A program made the position numbers and the translations under genes. The notes below the pieces were generated by a model. It was not told the origin of the DNA, made no database searches, and saw only the letters and a list, made by a program, of their open reading frames with translations. Of a stretch of DNA of 64,000 bases, positions 1 to 13,400 are shown piece by piece; the first letter of the stretch is position 1, and each line of letters starts with the position of its first letter. The stretch lies in assembly GCF_044704955.1 (NCBI RefSeq), contig NC_092006.1:7812001-7876000 (forward strand), written 5' to 3'. This DNA is from Pristiophorus japonicus (taxonomy: Eukaryota).

Positions 1-397
1 CCGTAAGCTTTTTTAAACCGCTTTCTCAACCTGCCCGGCCAGCTTCAACGATTTGTGCCCACACACCCCCAGGTCTCTGTTCATGCAGCCACTTTAGAAT
101 TGTACCCTTTACTTTATATTGATCTCCTCATTCTTCCGACCAAAATATATCACTTTGCAAATAGCCTAGTTTGCTTTGAGTGAAACGATTGGGCTTTGAT
201 TCCGCCCCGCCCCCGTCCTCCCCCACCCCCCCACGGTGCTCATCATCATTTTTGAACGAGACAACTCTGAATCTTGCACCACTTTATTTTATATATAAAA
301 AGAGGCACCAAATGAGATCCATACCGTCAACATCTGATGATTAAAAATTGATTCATTTTCACAACACGTATAGGCTCACCTTTTTAAATTTAGGAGT

Positions 398-888
398 AAA
401 AGACTTGGATTTATATAGCGCCTTTCACAACCACTGGACATCTCAAAGCGCTTTACAGCCAATGAAGTACATTTGGAGTGTGGTCACTGTTGTAATGTAC
501 TAAACGGGGCAACCAATTTGCACACAGCAAGCTCCCACACACAGCAATGTGGTGATGACCAGATGATCTGTTTTTTTGAGACAGTGTGGTGCTCCCTCAG
601 TACGGCGCTCCCTCAGTATCGCCCCTCCGACAGCGCAGTACGGCGCTCCCTTAGTACCGCCCCTCCAACAGCGCAGTACAGCGCTCCCTCAGTAACTCCA
701 CTCCGACGGTGCGGTGCTCCCTCAGTACTGCCCCTCCGACAGCGTGGCCCTGCACTTGGAGTGTCAGCGAAGATTGTTTTGTGCTCAAATCCCCGAAGCG
801 GGACTCGAACTCACGACCTACTGACTGAGATGCGAGTGTGCTGCCCACTGAGCCGCGAGTGTGCTGCCCATTGAGCCGCAGCTGACAC
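398..888 (-). mobile_element. DeuSINE (SacSINE1-like tRNA SINE), internally deleted, with degenerate 33-bp repeats
   Basis: tRNA-like head (tggctcagtgg A-box-like, gttcgagtccc B-box), Deu-domain text and tail aaaggcgctatataaat. Confidence 0.8.
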
Positions 889-1240
889 CGACAGCTGAGT
901 ACGCCCAGCCCGAACTGGAATATGATAATTTGCACTTTCTATCGACTGATACTTTGAATTTATATTGTCCAGCTGTTGTGGTGGGATGTGACCTCGGGCC
1001 TCTGGATCACTGGTGCAGTAACATAACCGCGACTCTAGTGCCCCCCCCACAACTTGCAGCAACTGCGGAGGTAACGTGTAAGGACCACGACTTTGAATCC
1101 GCGGAACGCACATCCGGACTCCGTTGCTGAAAACGCGACCAAGAGAATCGGAAATCGCAGTCGCGTGCCGGCAACATTCAAAATGAGAGAAATCTCGGGG
1201 CAACACCACGTGGGGCAGGTCCGCCCGGCTCCTCCAGCTG

Positions 1241-1689
1241 CGTGTAAACCCAGCAACGCAGTGATGGCAGCACGCCCCGCTAACAACGACCGAGGCCGTG
1301 AGCAGGGCACCACAATGTGTAAACCCAGCAACGCAGTGATGGCGGCACGCCCCGCTAACAACGACCGAGGCCGTGAGCAGGGCGCCACAATGTGTAAACC
1401 CAGCAACGCAGTGATGGCGGCACGCCCCGCTAACAACGACCGAGGCCGTGAGCAGGGCGCCACAATGTGTAAACCCAGCAACGCAGTGACGGTGGCATGC
1501 CCCGCTAACAACGACCGAGGCCGTGAGCAGGGGCGCCACAATGTGTAAACCCAGCAACGCAGTGACGGTGGCATGCCCCGCTAACAACGACCGAGGCCGT
1601 GAGCAGGGCGCCACAATGTGTAAACCCAGCAACGCAGTGATGGCGGCACGCCCCGCTAACAACGATCGGGGACGTGAGCAGGGGCGCCG
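1241..1689. repeat. 75-bp minisatellite, about 6 copies
   Basis: Unit tgtgtaaacccagcaacgcagtgatggcggcacgccccgctaacaacgaccgaggccgtgagcagggcgccacaa. Confidence 0.92.
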
Positions 1690-1904
1690 CGTCTGTGCAG
1701 CAGCAGTCTGGCGACCGGATGCCCCTTCAGCTTGTCGAGTGTTTTGCGTGCAGCTCGGAACATTAACAGAATGAACAGCACACCCATGCTGGGCAACTCA
1801 CAGCACCCAATCCACCTGTCCCATTCCATTATTTCCTCCAGCTCTACAGTTGTGAAAGCAGCATCACTGTAGTTTGTTCACTCCATTGTTCCACATTGAA
1901 TGTC

Positions 1905-2960
1905 TTACACGGGATGTACAGCACAGAAACAGGCCATTGGGCCCCATCGTTCCGTGCTGGGGTTTATGCTCCACACCAGCCCCCTCCCACTCGCCCCATC
2001 CCCATATCCTTCTATTCCTTTCTCCCCCATGTGTTTATTCAGCCTCCCCAGAAATGCATCGATACTATTCGCCTCAACCGCTCCCTGTGGCAGTGAGTTC
2101 CAAATTCTCACCCCTCTCTGGGTAAAGAAGTTTCTCCTGAATTCCCCATTGGGTTTCTTAGTGACTGTCTGATATTGATGGCCCCTAGTTCTGGTCTTCT
2201 CCACAAGTGGAAACATTCTCTCTACGTCTACCCTATCAAACCCTTAAAGACCTCTATCAGGTCACCCCTCAGCCTTCTCTTTTCTAGAGAAAACGAGCCC
2301 CGACAGTTATAACCACTCAGTTCTGGTATCATTCTGGCCAATCTTTTTTGAACCCTCACCAGTGCCTCTATATCCTTTTTAGAGACCAGAACTGTGCACA
2401 GTGCTCCCAAGTGTGGTCTAACCCAGGTATATGGAGACCAGAACTGTGCACAGTGCTCCAAGTGTGGTCTAACTCAGGTATATGGAGACCAGAACTGTGC
2501 ACAGTGCTCCAAGTGTGGTCTAACCCAGGTATGTGGAGACCAGAACTGTGCACAGTGCGCCAAGTGTGGTCTAACTCAGGTATATGGAGACCAGAACTGT
2601 GCAGAGTGTTCCCAAGTGTGGTCTAACCCAGGTATGTGGAGACCAGAATTGTGCACAGTGCTCCAAGTGTGGTCTAACTCAGGTATATGGAGACCAGAAC
2701 TGAACGGTGCTCCAAGTGTGGTCTAACCTGACCAGAACTGTTCAGTGCTCCAGGTGTGGTCTAACCAAGGTAATATGGAGACCAGAATAGTGCACAGTGC
2801 TCCAAGTGTGGTCTAACCAGGGTTCAATACAAGTTTAACGCAACCTCTCTGCTTTTCAATTCCAACCCTCTAGAAATGAACCCCAGTGTTTGGGTGGCTG
2901 GATATGGCCTTATTAACCTGCAGTGATCTGTGCATCTGTACCCACCGATCCCTCTGATCC
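1905..2960 (-). mobile_element. CR1 LINE 3' fragment containing a 51-bp tandem array (about 2382-2820)
   Basis: CR1 C-terminal motifs HCAQFWSP, RLRGDLIEVFK, RRNFFTQR.VRIWNSLP. The RPHLEHCAQFWSP segment is repeated about 8 times. Confidence 0.88.
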
Positions 2961-3234
2961 CTTAACACATATAGACCTGTATTTTCCTTTTGCACCACGT
3001 TACACCCTGAAATTTAGAATCCGGAGCTTTACAGATTCACTTCTTTTCAGTTGGGGCTGTTGGTTGGGTGCCTCGCTACCATCTACCTCAATAGGCAGAT
3101 GAGACATTGGTTCAATGTCTTCCCGAGGGCGGCGACTCTGGACGATACAGGAACAAAATGTCACCTCAGTGCTGCGTGAGAGCGTGTTCAAATCCCGCAA
3201 ACACAAGGTTTTTGTGAAAACAAGGTTTAATAAG

Positions 3235-3495
3235 GACATGAGAATTAGGAGCAGGAGTCGGGACACTTGGCCCCTCGAGCCTGCTCCGCCATTCAATGAG
3301 ATCACGGCTGATCTTCGACCTCAACTCCACTTTCCCGCCCGATCCCTCGATTCCACCCAGAGTGTCCAAAAATCTATCGATCTCCGTCTTGAATATACTC
3401 AATGACTGAGCCTCCACAGCCCTCTGGGGCAGAGAATTCCAAAGATACACCACCCTCTGAGTGAAGAAATTCCTCCTCATCACTGTCCTAAATGT
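3235..3495 (-). mobile_element. CR1 LINE 3' end
   Basis: MRRNFFTQRVVYLWNSLPQRAVEA plus the CR1 tail. Confidence 0.85.
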
Positions 3496-3814
3496 TTACA
3501 GAAGTGCTTTTGTATGTTCACATCATTAAGCACCACTTACTACCCGGTTTCCAGCCATTGAACGAAGACTTGGCCACAACTCCCAAACACATGTCCTTGA
3601 ATACAAATTAAGTCACACCGCAATAATCAAATATCTGCACATTATTTTTGTATATTAAACACAACTAAATTACAGCCTGCGATGCAAACCTGTTTACATA
3701 AAACGAATGTGAATTTGCAAGCTCACCATCCTTTGTGTAATTCAGCCTCTCGGCTCCATTTCTACTTTGCTCTTCATCCGAACTCCATCGTTTCAGATGA
3801 AGATAAACGTAAAA

Positions 3815-4633
3815 AAAGACTTGCGTTTAGATAACGCCTTTCACCACCTTAGGACGTCCCAAAGCGCTTTACAGCCGATGAAGTACTTTTGGAGTGTAAT
3901 CACTGTTGTAATGTGGGAAACGCGGCAACTCAATTTGCACACAGCAAGCTACCACACACAGCAATGTGATAATGACCCAGATCATCTGTTTCTGGTGTTA
4001 ATTGGTCGAAGATAAATATTGGCCCCAGGACACCGGGGAGAACTCCCCCTGCTCTTCTTCCAATAGTGGCTGTGGGATCTTTTGCGTCCACCCGAGAGGG
4101 AAGACGTCTCATCCGAAAGGCAGCCCCTCCGACAATGCAGCACCCTCTCAGTACTGCCCCTCCGACAGTGCGCCCCTCCCACAGTGCGGCGCTCCCTCAG
4201 CACCGCCCCTCCGACAGTGCGGCGCTCCCTCAGCACCGCCCCTCCGACAGTGCGGCGCTCCCTCAGCACCGCCCCTCCGACAGTGCGGCGCTCCCTCAGC
4301 ACCGCCCCTCCGACAGTGCGGCGCTCCCTCAGCACCGCCCCTCCGACAGTGCGGCGCTCCCTCAGACAGTGCGGTGCTCCCTCAGTACCGCCCCTCCGAC
4401 AGTGCGGCGCTCCCTCAGTACTGCCCCTCCGACAGTGCGGCACTCCCTCAGTACTGCACCTCCGACAGTGCGGCGCTCCCTCAGTACTGCCCCTCCGACA
4501 GTGCGGCGCTCCCTCAGCACTGGCACTGAGAGCGTCAGCCTGGATTTTTGTGTTCAAGTCTCTGGAGTGGGACTCTAACCCACATCCTTCTGACTCAAAG
4601 GCGAGAGTGCTACCCACTGAGCCACAACTGACA
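3815..4633 (-). mobile_element. Full-length DeuSINE with internal 33-bp minisatellite (about 12 copies, 4120-4520)
   Basis: tRNA-like head near 4633, Deu domain, tail near 3815; unit cagtaccgcccctccgacagtgcggcgctccct. Confidence 0.9.
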
Positions 4634-5019
4634 CTCTAGAGGTCAGTGACACTGTGGCACTAATGCCAACAAACACGCCTACAATCCTTAAGACTAGCTG
4701 TCTGAGATTCCGATTCTGGAAGATGGGCCTATCCACAAAGTAAGGAAGCACCGCCCCGCCCTGCCCTGGCGATTTGGTGTGCCGGGAAACAGCGGGGTTT
4801 GAACACGCCAAACAGACCTTCCAGTGGGCCCTTAATCATCTGAAAAGGGTTAAATTGCACTGTTCAGAATGCCCATGCTTAACCCAAAGGAAGACAATTC
4901 TGTCCTGCACTGCAGCTGTGTGGGGTATCAAACATGGGAGCAGCAGTCGGCCATACGGCCTCTTCGAGCCTGCTCTGCCGTTCAGTAAGATTACGGCAAG
5001 GCTGGATTGATTGCCCGTC

Positions 5020-5362
5020 CCAATTGCCCTCGAGAAGGCTTCTTCTTGAAGGAGCGGCCATTTCAGAGGGCAGTTTCGAGTCAACCACATTTCAGTTGGT
5101 CTGGAGTCACATGTCGGCCAGACCTGGTAAGGGTGGCAGATTTCCTTCTCTAAAAAAGGACATGAGTAAACCAGATGGGTTTTTACAACAATCCGACCGT
5201 TTCGTAGTCACCATTACTGCCGCTAGCTTTTTATTCCAGATTTATTTAATTGAAAATTCCCCCAGCTGCCGTGGTGGGATTTGAACTCGGGTCTCGGGAT
5301 CATTAGTCCACGGTCTGGATTACCAGTCAGGTAACATAACCGCTCTGCCACCGTACCCGCCA
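5020..5362 (-). mobile_element. Second tRNA-derived SINE family
   Basis: Head with gagttcaaatccc B-box; the same body recurs at about 35825-36295. Confidence 0.75.
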
Positions 5363-5754
5363 TTAGGTTTGTAAGCGACTGAAGACATGGCTCGAGTATT
5401 CTATCAGTCGCCGCCTGGCTATCAGACTTCTGCAAGCATCATTGCAGCCCCGAGCTGTCCGCTCTCTGTGTGCAACTCAGCTGAGCGCAGGACTGAGCCC
5501 AGTTGTGATGCCCAAAGCAGTTGAATGGTCCATGGCATTCTGGCGCCGTGGATTCCCCAGTAGCCCACGCAACAATGACTGCACTTCAAAGTAGTTTATG
5601 GCAGGTCAAATGCTTTGGGTTCTGAGCCCTGATAGATGGATCTACACAAGTGCAAGGCTTTAATTCTTTCGAATTCTCTCAGGCCTTTGTGTAAAGACGT
5701 TTTGCTTTTTAAATTGCCTCAATTCTAACTTTGAGATTACATTCCCTTTGTTAT

Positions 5755-6560
5755 ATTGTCTGAGGCTGAACCAGACTGTTCGCAGCCTTGATGTCCTATT
5801 TGACCCTGAAATGAGCTTCCGACTACATATCCGCGCCATCACTAAGATCGCCTATTTCCACCTCCGTAACATCGCCCGTCTCTGCCCCTGCCTCAGCTCA
5901 TCCGCTGCTGAAACCCTCATCCATGCCTTTACCACCTCTAGACTTGACTATTCCAACGCACTCCTGCCAGCTTCCCACCCTTCCGTAAACTTGAAAAACC
6001 ATTCTGCCCCGTGTCCTAACTCGCACTGAGTCCCGCTCACCCATCGCCCCCTGTGCTCACTGCCCCGTGTCCTAACTCACACCGAGTCCCGCTCACCCAT
6101 CGCCCCCTGTGCTCACAGCCCCGTGTCCTAACTCACACCGAGACCCGCTCACCCATCAACCCCTGTGCTTGCTGCCCCATGTCCTAACTCGCACCGAGTC
6201 CCGCTCACCCATCACCCCCTGCTCGGTGTCCTAACTCGCACCAAGTCCCGCTCACCCATCACCCCCTGTACTCGCTGACCTACAATGGCTCCTGGTTAAG
6301 CAACGCCTCGGTTTCAAAATGCTCATCCCTCCATGGCCCTTGCCCCCTCCCTATCTCAGTAACCTCCTCCAGCCCCACAACCCCATGAGATGTCTGCGCT
6401 CCTCTAATTCTGACCCGCTGAGCATCCCTGATTATAATCGTTCAACCATTGGTGGCCGTGCCTTCAGCAGCCTGGGCCCCAAGCTCTGGAACTCCCTCCC
6501 CAAACCACTCCGCCTTGAAGACTCTCCTTCAAACCGACCTCTTTGACCTAGCCTGTCCTA
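5755..6560 (+). mobile_element. L2-clade LINE 3' fragment with 56/57-bp tandem array (about 6005-6275)
   Basis: AYFHLRNIARL...AAETLIHAF..SRLDYSNALL and GGRAFS..GPKLWNSLP, typical L2 ORF2 C-terminus. Confidence 0.88.
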
Positions 6561-7179
6561 ATCGCTCTCTAGGTCATCATAGGCAGTCTCTTGGAATTGA
6601 GGAAGACTTGCTTCCACTCTAAAAATGAGCTCTCAGGTGGCTGAACAGTCCAATACGAGAGCCACAGTCCATGTCACAGGTGGGACAGACAGTGGTTGAG
6701 GGAAAGGGAGGGTGGGACTGGTTTGCCGAATGTTCTTTATGAGACTTGGTGTCGGATTTTGTCTTGAGAATTGCTCCTGTGAGGTTTAACTACATTAAAA
6801 AAGGTGCCGTCTTTGTTGTTCTGGATTTGCCCTCGATAATCGGCCAGACTGCCTCGTCCTTTATCAACTGCAAATACCTAGGGATAGCCAAAGGGTAAAC
6901 AGACCTAGTCGCCCATAGTTTATCCCGCGTGCAAACCATGCCAACACAGGAACACTGATCCTTGTCCATCTGTTGCTGGGGGTGCGAAGCCAGAGGAGCA
7001 ATGAGACCACAGCACAATAAAGGCTTGATGCGACCTCATGCTGCAGTGCATGTATACTGCTATCAAGCCCAGGAGGAGGAGCACACTGTGTCCGCTGGCA
7101 CGCACGAGGCCTTCCATGACCGGTGGGCACCGTATCGTCTGGAGCGCGTCGTGGATAATAGGATTAACATTATTATTGA

Positions 7180-7530
7180 AGCCTTTCAGATTTTATGGGG
7201 GGGCTTGACAGGGTAGATGCAGAGAGGATGTTTCTCCTCGTTGGGGAATCTAGAACTAAGGGGCACAAGGGGATCACCCATTTAAAACGGAAATGAGGAG
7301 GAATTTCTTCTCTGAAGGTCGTGAATCTGTGGAATTCTCTGCCCAAGAGAGCTGTGGAGGCTGGGTCATTGAATATATTTAAACGGTGGAGATAGACAGA
7401 TTTTTGAACGATAAGGGAGTGAACGGTTATGGGGAGCGGGCGGTGAAGTGGAGTCGAGGCCATGATCAAATCAGCTATGATCTTATTGAATGGCCGACTC
7501 CTGCTCCTATTTCTTATGTTATGTTCTTAT
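7180..7530 (+). mobile_element. CR1 LINE 3' end
   Basis: gatgcagagaggatgttt...aatctgtggaattctctgcc...tatttcttatgtt tail. Confidence 0.82.
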
Positions 7531-7834
7531 TAAAGTTTGATTAGATCGCTTTGGTTCTGTGGTTAGGTTCTTTATAGTTGTGCTCCGTGAAAAGGGAGAC
7601 ATTTTGTTCAGCCAGTCACAAATGTCGCATAAATATCACGCTCACGTCATTTTAACCCAGACCTATCACCACTACGCCCATAAAACTTGGCATTAAAGCC
7701 ACCATTTCATATCACTCAACCATCATATGTAGGGTGGCCCCGATTACTTAGTATTAAAGACACCCTCTGGATCACCGCTAAACCACTACCTAATCCATCG
7801 GCATTCCCAAATTGGTACTGAAGCAGTAATTTAG

Positions 7835-8250
7835 CCCATGCACCACCTTCAACATTCACTCCCTCCACCACCGGCGCACCGTGGCTGCAGTGTGTACCAT
7901 CTACAAGATGCACTGCAGCAACTCGCCAAGGCTTCTTCGGCAGCACCTTCCAAACCCGCGACTCTCTACCGCCTAGAAGGACAAGGGCAGCAGGTGCATG
8001 GGAACACCACCACCTCCACGCTCCCCTCCGAGTCACACACACACCATCCCGACTTGGAAATATATCGGCCGTTCCTTCATCGTCGCCGGGTCAAAATCCT
8101 GGAACTCCCTCCCTAACAGCACTGTGGGAGCACCTTCACCACACGGACTGCAGCGGTTCAAGGCGGCGGCTCACCACCATCTTCTGAATTAGGGATGGGC
8201 AATAAATGCCGGCCTTGCCAGCAACGCCCACATCCCAGGAACGAAGACAA
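7835..8250 (+). mobile_element. LINE 3' end (CR1/L2 superfamily), probable tail donor of the second SINE family
   Basis: SFIVAGSKSWNSLPNS...GLQRFKAAAHHHLL and tail gggatgggcaataaatgccggccttgccagc, similar to the SINE end at about 35825-35960. Confidence 0.75.
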
Positions 8251-8734
8251 GAAAAATCCCTTTCTCTCACTTCCGATCTCATACAATAATTCAAAAGTCC
8301 ATGTAAGGTATTAAAATGTCAAGTTTTACCCCCAAAAACCTGTCCGGAACCAGAACCTGTCACAGCCACAATATCTACAGGCTCCTAATTGAGCGTTGCA
8401 CGAACAAAGCAGGGATCGAGACTGGACAGCAATTAAATTGCGAATGAACTCACCCACATAATCAGACTTTGATGCCTTAAAGGGGCCGCACACCCAAAAA
8501 AAAACGAGGGGGAATTGCATAGATTTGTTCTTTAATAAAAACGAGAAAGATTGCTGGACACTGCGTACCCATCACGTCACACTTCCTCATCATACTTAAT
8601 TACAGGCAAATATCCTGCCGCTCGTACAGAAATCTCTTCCAACATTTGTCTTTAATTTTAATAAAAGCCAGTAATACTTTTTCAAATTGTAACATGAAAA
8701 GCCAAGTTATCGTGCGAGATCTGATGGGTGACAG

Positions 8735-9055
8735 AAGGACTTGCATTTATATAGTGCCTTTCACGGCCACTGGACGTCTCAAAGCGATTTATAGCCAATG
8801 AAGTACTTTTTGGAGTGTAGCCACTGTTGTAATGTGGGAAACGCGGCAGTCAATTTGCGCACAGCAAGCTCCCACACACAGCAATGTGATAATGACCCAG
8901 ATCAGCTGTTTTAGTGATGTTAGTTGAGGGATAAATATTGGCCCCAGGACACCGGGGAGCACTCCCCCTGCTCTTCTTCCAATAGTGGCCCCGGGATCTT
9001 TTACATCCACCGGAGGGGGGGCAGACGGGGCCTCGGTTTAACGTCTTATCTGAAA
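8735..9055 (-). mobile_element. DeuSINE 3' part
   Basis: Deu domain and tail, head missing. Confidence 0.85.
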
Positions 9056-9464
9056 TTGCACATCATTGGAAACCTGCTATTACGGGAAAAAAAATTGCAT
9101 CCAGCACACTTCCGTCAGACACGGAATAAAATAATTGGTGCCTTCAGCAATCAGGCGAAGGGCAGTTCTACACTTCCCACCATCCCGAGAACATTTCAAA
9201 CAATGTCCTCTCTCCTCCCTCGTGCAATGATCATTTCCTTTGTCACGCTCAATTATAGGCCAATTTATTCGAGGCAAATTTCCCGCAGCTCATTAACTCG
9301 TGCAGAAATTTCTCATGTCAATTTTTTTTCCTCTCCGACAAGCCATCAGGTACTTTTGAAGTTATGACGTGGGATAAAATTCGAGTCAACTCCTCGGGAG
9401 ATTCACTAATTTTTAAACAATAATGCATCGCACGTCCAACAGAATAGCTCCTGCTATCATATCA

Positions 9465-9678
9465 TGTCCTTGGACCAATATTTATCCCTCAATCAACATC
9501 ACTAAAAACAGACAATCTGGGTCATTATCACATTGCTGTGTGTGGGAGCTTGCTGTGCGCAAATTGGCTGCCACATTTCCCAACAGTGACTACACTTCAA
9601 AAGTACTTCATTGGCTGTAAAGCGCTTTGGGACGTCCGGTGGTCATTAAAGGCACTATATAAATGCAACTCTTTCTTT
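9465..9678 (+). mobile_element. DeuSINE 3' part
   Basis: Deu domain and tail in opposite orientation to the 8735 copy. Confidence 0.85.
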
Positions 9679-9896
9679 ACTACAAAAAATGTGCATCCTT
9701 TCCAAATCGGGATCAGTAGTGCATGGTATCATATTCATAGAAATTTAAATGCGCAGAAGGAGGCCCATTCGGCCCATCGTGTCCGCGCCGGCCGACAAAG
9801 AGCCTAATCCCACTTTCCAGCTCTTGGTCCGTAGCCCTGTAGGTTACGGCACTTCAGGCGCACATCCAAGTACTTTTTAAAATGCAACGAGGGTTA

Positions 9897-10150
9897 TTCA
9901 AGACGACTGGAGACCAGCTCTGCTGCACGGACCTAGTGCGTACACATATCACAAAACCTAGCTCTGTCAAGCCCGTGTGGTGGCTGGTGTGCAATGGCCA
10001 CCCCACGTTAAAAAAATCCACGCACAGGCATCATCCACCCGTCAAGATTTAGTTTGGCACCTGGAATTTTAGGTCCTTCATTGAAAAACCAGTGAACTTT
10101 TTGATGTGGACGCAAGTCATCCTCGATGCGAGGGACTGCCGATGATGATG
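9897..10150 (+). mobile_element. Short RTE-derived non-autonomous element with inverted 5' segment, inserted in a CR1 tail
   Basis: Ends in gagggactgccgatgatgatga; flanked by imperfect 16-bp TSD aaatgcaacgagggtt / aaatgcgatgagggtt. Confidence 0.75.
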
Positions 10151-10429
10151 AAATGCGATGAGGGTTTCTGCCTTAACCACCCTTTCAGGCAGTGAGTTCC
10201 AGACCCCCACCACCCTCCGGGTGAAAAAAAAGTTCTCCTCAAATCCCCCTACAATTTACTTTAAATGTCTGCCCCCTGGTTAATGACCTCTCTGTGAGAG
10301 GAATAGGTCCTTGCGACCCACTCTACCTCAACCCCTCAATTAAGTCTCCTCTCGGACTACTCTGTTCCAAAGAAAACAACCCCAGCCGAGCCAATCTTTC
10401 CTTATCGCTAAAATTCTCAAGTCCAGGCA

Positions 10430-13400
10430 ACATAGAAAATAGGTGCAGGAGTAGGCCATTCAGCCCTTCGAGCCTGCACCACCATTCAATATGATCATGA
10501 CTGATCATGCAACTTCAATACCCCATTACTGCTTTCTCTCCATACCCCTTGATCCCTTCAGCCATAAAGGCCACATCTAACTCCCTCTTGAATTTATCCA
10601 ATGAACTGGCATCAACGACTCTCTGCGGCAAGGAATGCCACAGGTCAACAACTCTGAGTGAAGAAGTTTCTCCTCATCTCGGTCCTAAATGGCCGACCGC
10701 TTATCCTAAGACTGTGACCCCTGGTTCTGGACTTCCCCAACATCGGGAACATTCTTCTCGCCTCTAACCTGTCCCGTCCCATCAGAATCTTATACGTTTC
10801 TATGAGATCCCCTCTCATCCTTCTAAACTCCAGTGTATAAAGGCCCAGTCGATCCAGTCTCTCCTCATATGTCAGTCCAGCCATCCCTGGAATCAGTCTA
10901 GTGAACCTTCGCTGCACTCCCTCAATAGCAAGAATGTCCTTCCTCAGATTAGGAGACCAAAACTGAACACAATATTCCAGGTGAGGCCTCACCAAGGCCC
11001 TGTACAACTGCAGTAAGACCTCCCTGCTCCTATACTCAAATCCCCTAGCTATGAAGGCCAACATACCATTTGCCTTCTTCACCGCCTGCTGTACCTGCAT
11101 GCCAACTTTCAATGACTGGTGAACCATGACACCCAGGTCTCGTTGCACCTCCCCTTTTCCTAATCTGCCACCATTCAGATAATATTCTGCCTTCGTATTT
11201 TTGCCACCAAATTGGATAACCTCACATTTATCCACATTATACTGTATCTGCCATGCATTTGCCCACTCACCTAACCTGTCCAAATCACCCTGCAGCCTCT
11301 TAGCACCCTCCTCACAGCTCACACGCCACCCAGTTTAGTGTCATCTGCAAACTTGGAGATATTACACTCAATTCCTGCATCCAAATCATTAATGTATATT
11401 GTAAAGAGTTGGGGTCCCAGCACCGAGCCCTGCGGCACTCCACTAGTCACTGCCTCCCATTCCGAAAAGGACCCATTTATCCCGACTCTCTGCTTCCTGT
11501 CTGCCAACCAGTTCTCTATCCATGCCAGTACATTACCCCCAATACCATGTGCTTTGATTTTGCACACCAATCTCTTATGTGGGACCTTGTCAAAGGCCTT
11601 TTGAAAGTCCAAATATACCACATCCACTGGTTCTCCCTTGTCCACTCTACTAGTTACATCCTCAAAAAATTCCAGAAGATTTGTCAAGCATGATTTCCCT
11701 TTCACAAATCCATGCTGGCTTGGACCGATCCTGTCACTGCTTTCCAAATGCGCTGCTACTTCATCTTTAATAAATTGATTCCAACATTTTCCCCACTACT
11801 GATGTCAGGCTAACCGGTCTATAATTTCCCGTTTTCTCTCTCCCTCCTTTTTTTAAAAAGCTATTTTAAAAATAGCTACCCTCCAGTATACATAGGAACT
11901 GATCCCGAGTCGATAGACTGTTGGAAAATGATCACCAATGCATCCACTATTTCTAGGGCCACTTCCTTAAGTACTCTGGGATGCAGACAATCAGGCCCCG
12001 GGGATTTGTCGGCCTTCAATCCCATCAATTTCCCCAACACAATTTCCCGCCTAATAAGGATATCCTTCAGTTCCTCCTTCTCACTAGACCCTCGGTCCCT
12101 AGTACATCCGGAAGGTCATTTGTGTCTTTCTTCCTTCATATTTGTTCAATTGGTCTGCCATTTTTTTGTTCCCCATTATTAACTCACCTGAGTCCGACTG
12201 CAAGGGACCTACGTTTGTTTTGACTAATCTTTTTCTCTTCACATATCTATAGACAGTTTTTATGTTCCCGGCAAGCTTCCTCTCGTACTCTATTTTCCTC
12301 CTCCTAATTAAACCCTTTGTTCTCCTCTGCTGAATTCTAAATTTCTCCCAGTTCTCAGATTTGCTGCTTTTTCTGGCCAATTTATCTGCCTCTTCCTTGG
12401 ATCTAACACGATCCTTAATTTCCCTTGTTAGCCACGGTTGAGCCACTTTCCGTTTTATTTTTACTCCAGACAGGGATGTACAACTGTTGAAGTTCATCCA
12501 TGTGATCTACAAATGTTTGCCATTGCCTATCCACTGTCAACCATTAAGTATAATTTGCCAGTCTATTCCAGCCAATTCACACCTCATGCTGTCCAAGTTA
12601 GCTTTCCTTAAGTTTAGGACCCTAGTTTCTGAATTAACTTTGTCACTCTCCATCTTAATAAAGAATTCTACCATATTATGGTCACTCTTCCCCAAGGGGC
12701 CTCGCACAACAAGATGCTAATTAGTCCCTTCTCATTACACACTCCAGGAAATCCTCCTCCACCGCATTGCCAGCAGTTTGGTTAGCCCAATCTATATGTA
12801 GATTAAAGTCGCCCATGATAACTGCTGTACCTTTATTGCACACATCCCTTATTTCTTGTTTGATGCTGTCCCCAACCTCACTACTACTGTTTGGTGGCCT
12901 GTACACAACTCCCACCTGCGTTTTCTGCCTTTTGGTATTCCGCAGCTCCACCCATACCGATTCCACATCATCCAAGCCAATGACCTTCCTTACGATTGCA
13001 TTAATTTCCTCTTTAACCAGCAACGCCACCCCGCCTCCTTTTCCTCTCTGCCTATCCTTCCTAAATGTTGAATACCCCTGGATGTTGAGTTCCCAGGCTT
13101 GGTCACCCTGGAGCCATGTCTCCGTGATGCCAATTACATCATATCCATTAACTGCTATCTGCGCAGTTAATTCGTCCACCTTATTCCGAATACTCCTCGC
13201 ATTGAGGCACAGAGCCTTCAGGCTTGTCTTTTTAACACACCTTGCCCCTTTAGAATTTTGCTGTAATGTTGCCCTTTTTGTTTTTTGCCTTGGGATTCCC
13301 TGCCCTCCACTTTTACTATTCTCCTTTCTATCTTTTGCCTCTGTCTCCCTTTTATTTCCCTCTGCCTCCCTGCATAGGTTCTCATCCCCCTGCCATGTTA

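Noticed and set aside
3000-3137. Possible minus-strand exon (acceptor at 3137; MSHLPIEVDGSEAPNQQPQLKR)
   Set aside because: No recognisable homology, weak Kozak context and no convincing donor; needs RNA-seq.
6790-7170. Short ORFs that might be host exons
   Set aside because: No recognisable protein; the end (EHTVSAGTHEAFHDRWAP) looks like a Tx1 ORF2 C-terminal remnant.
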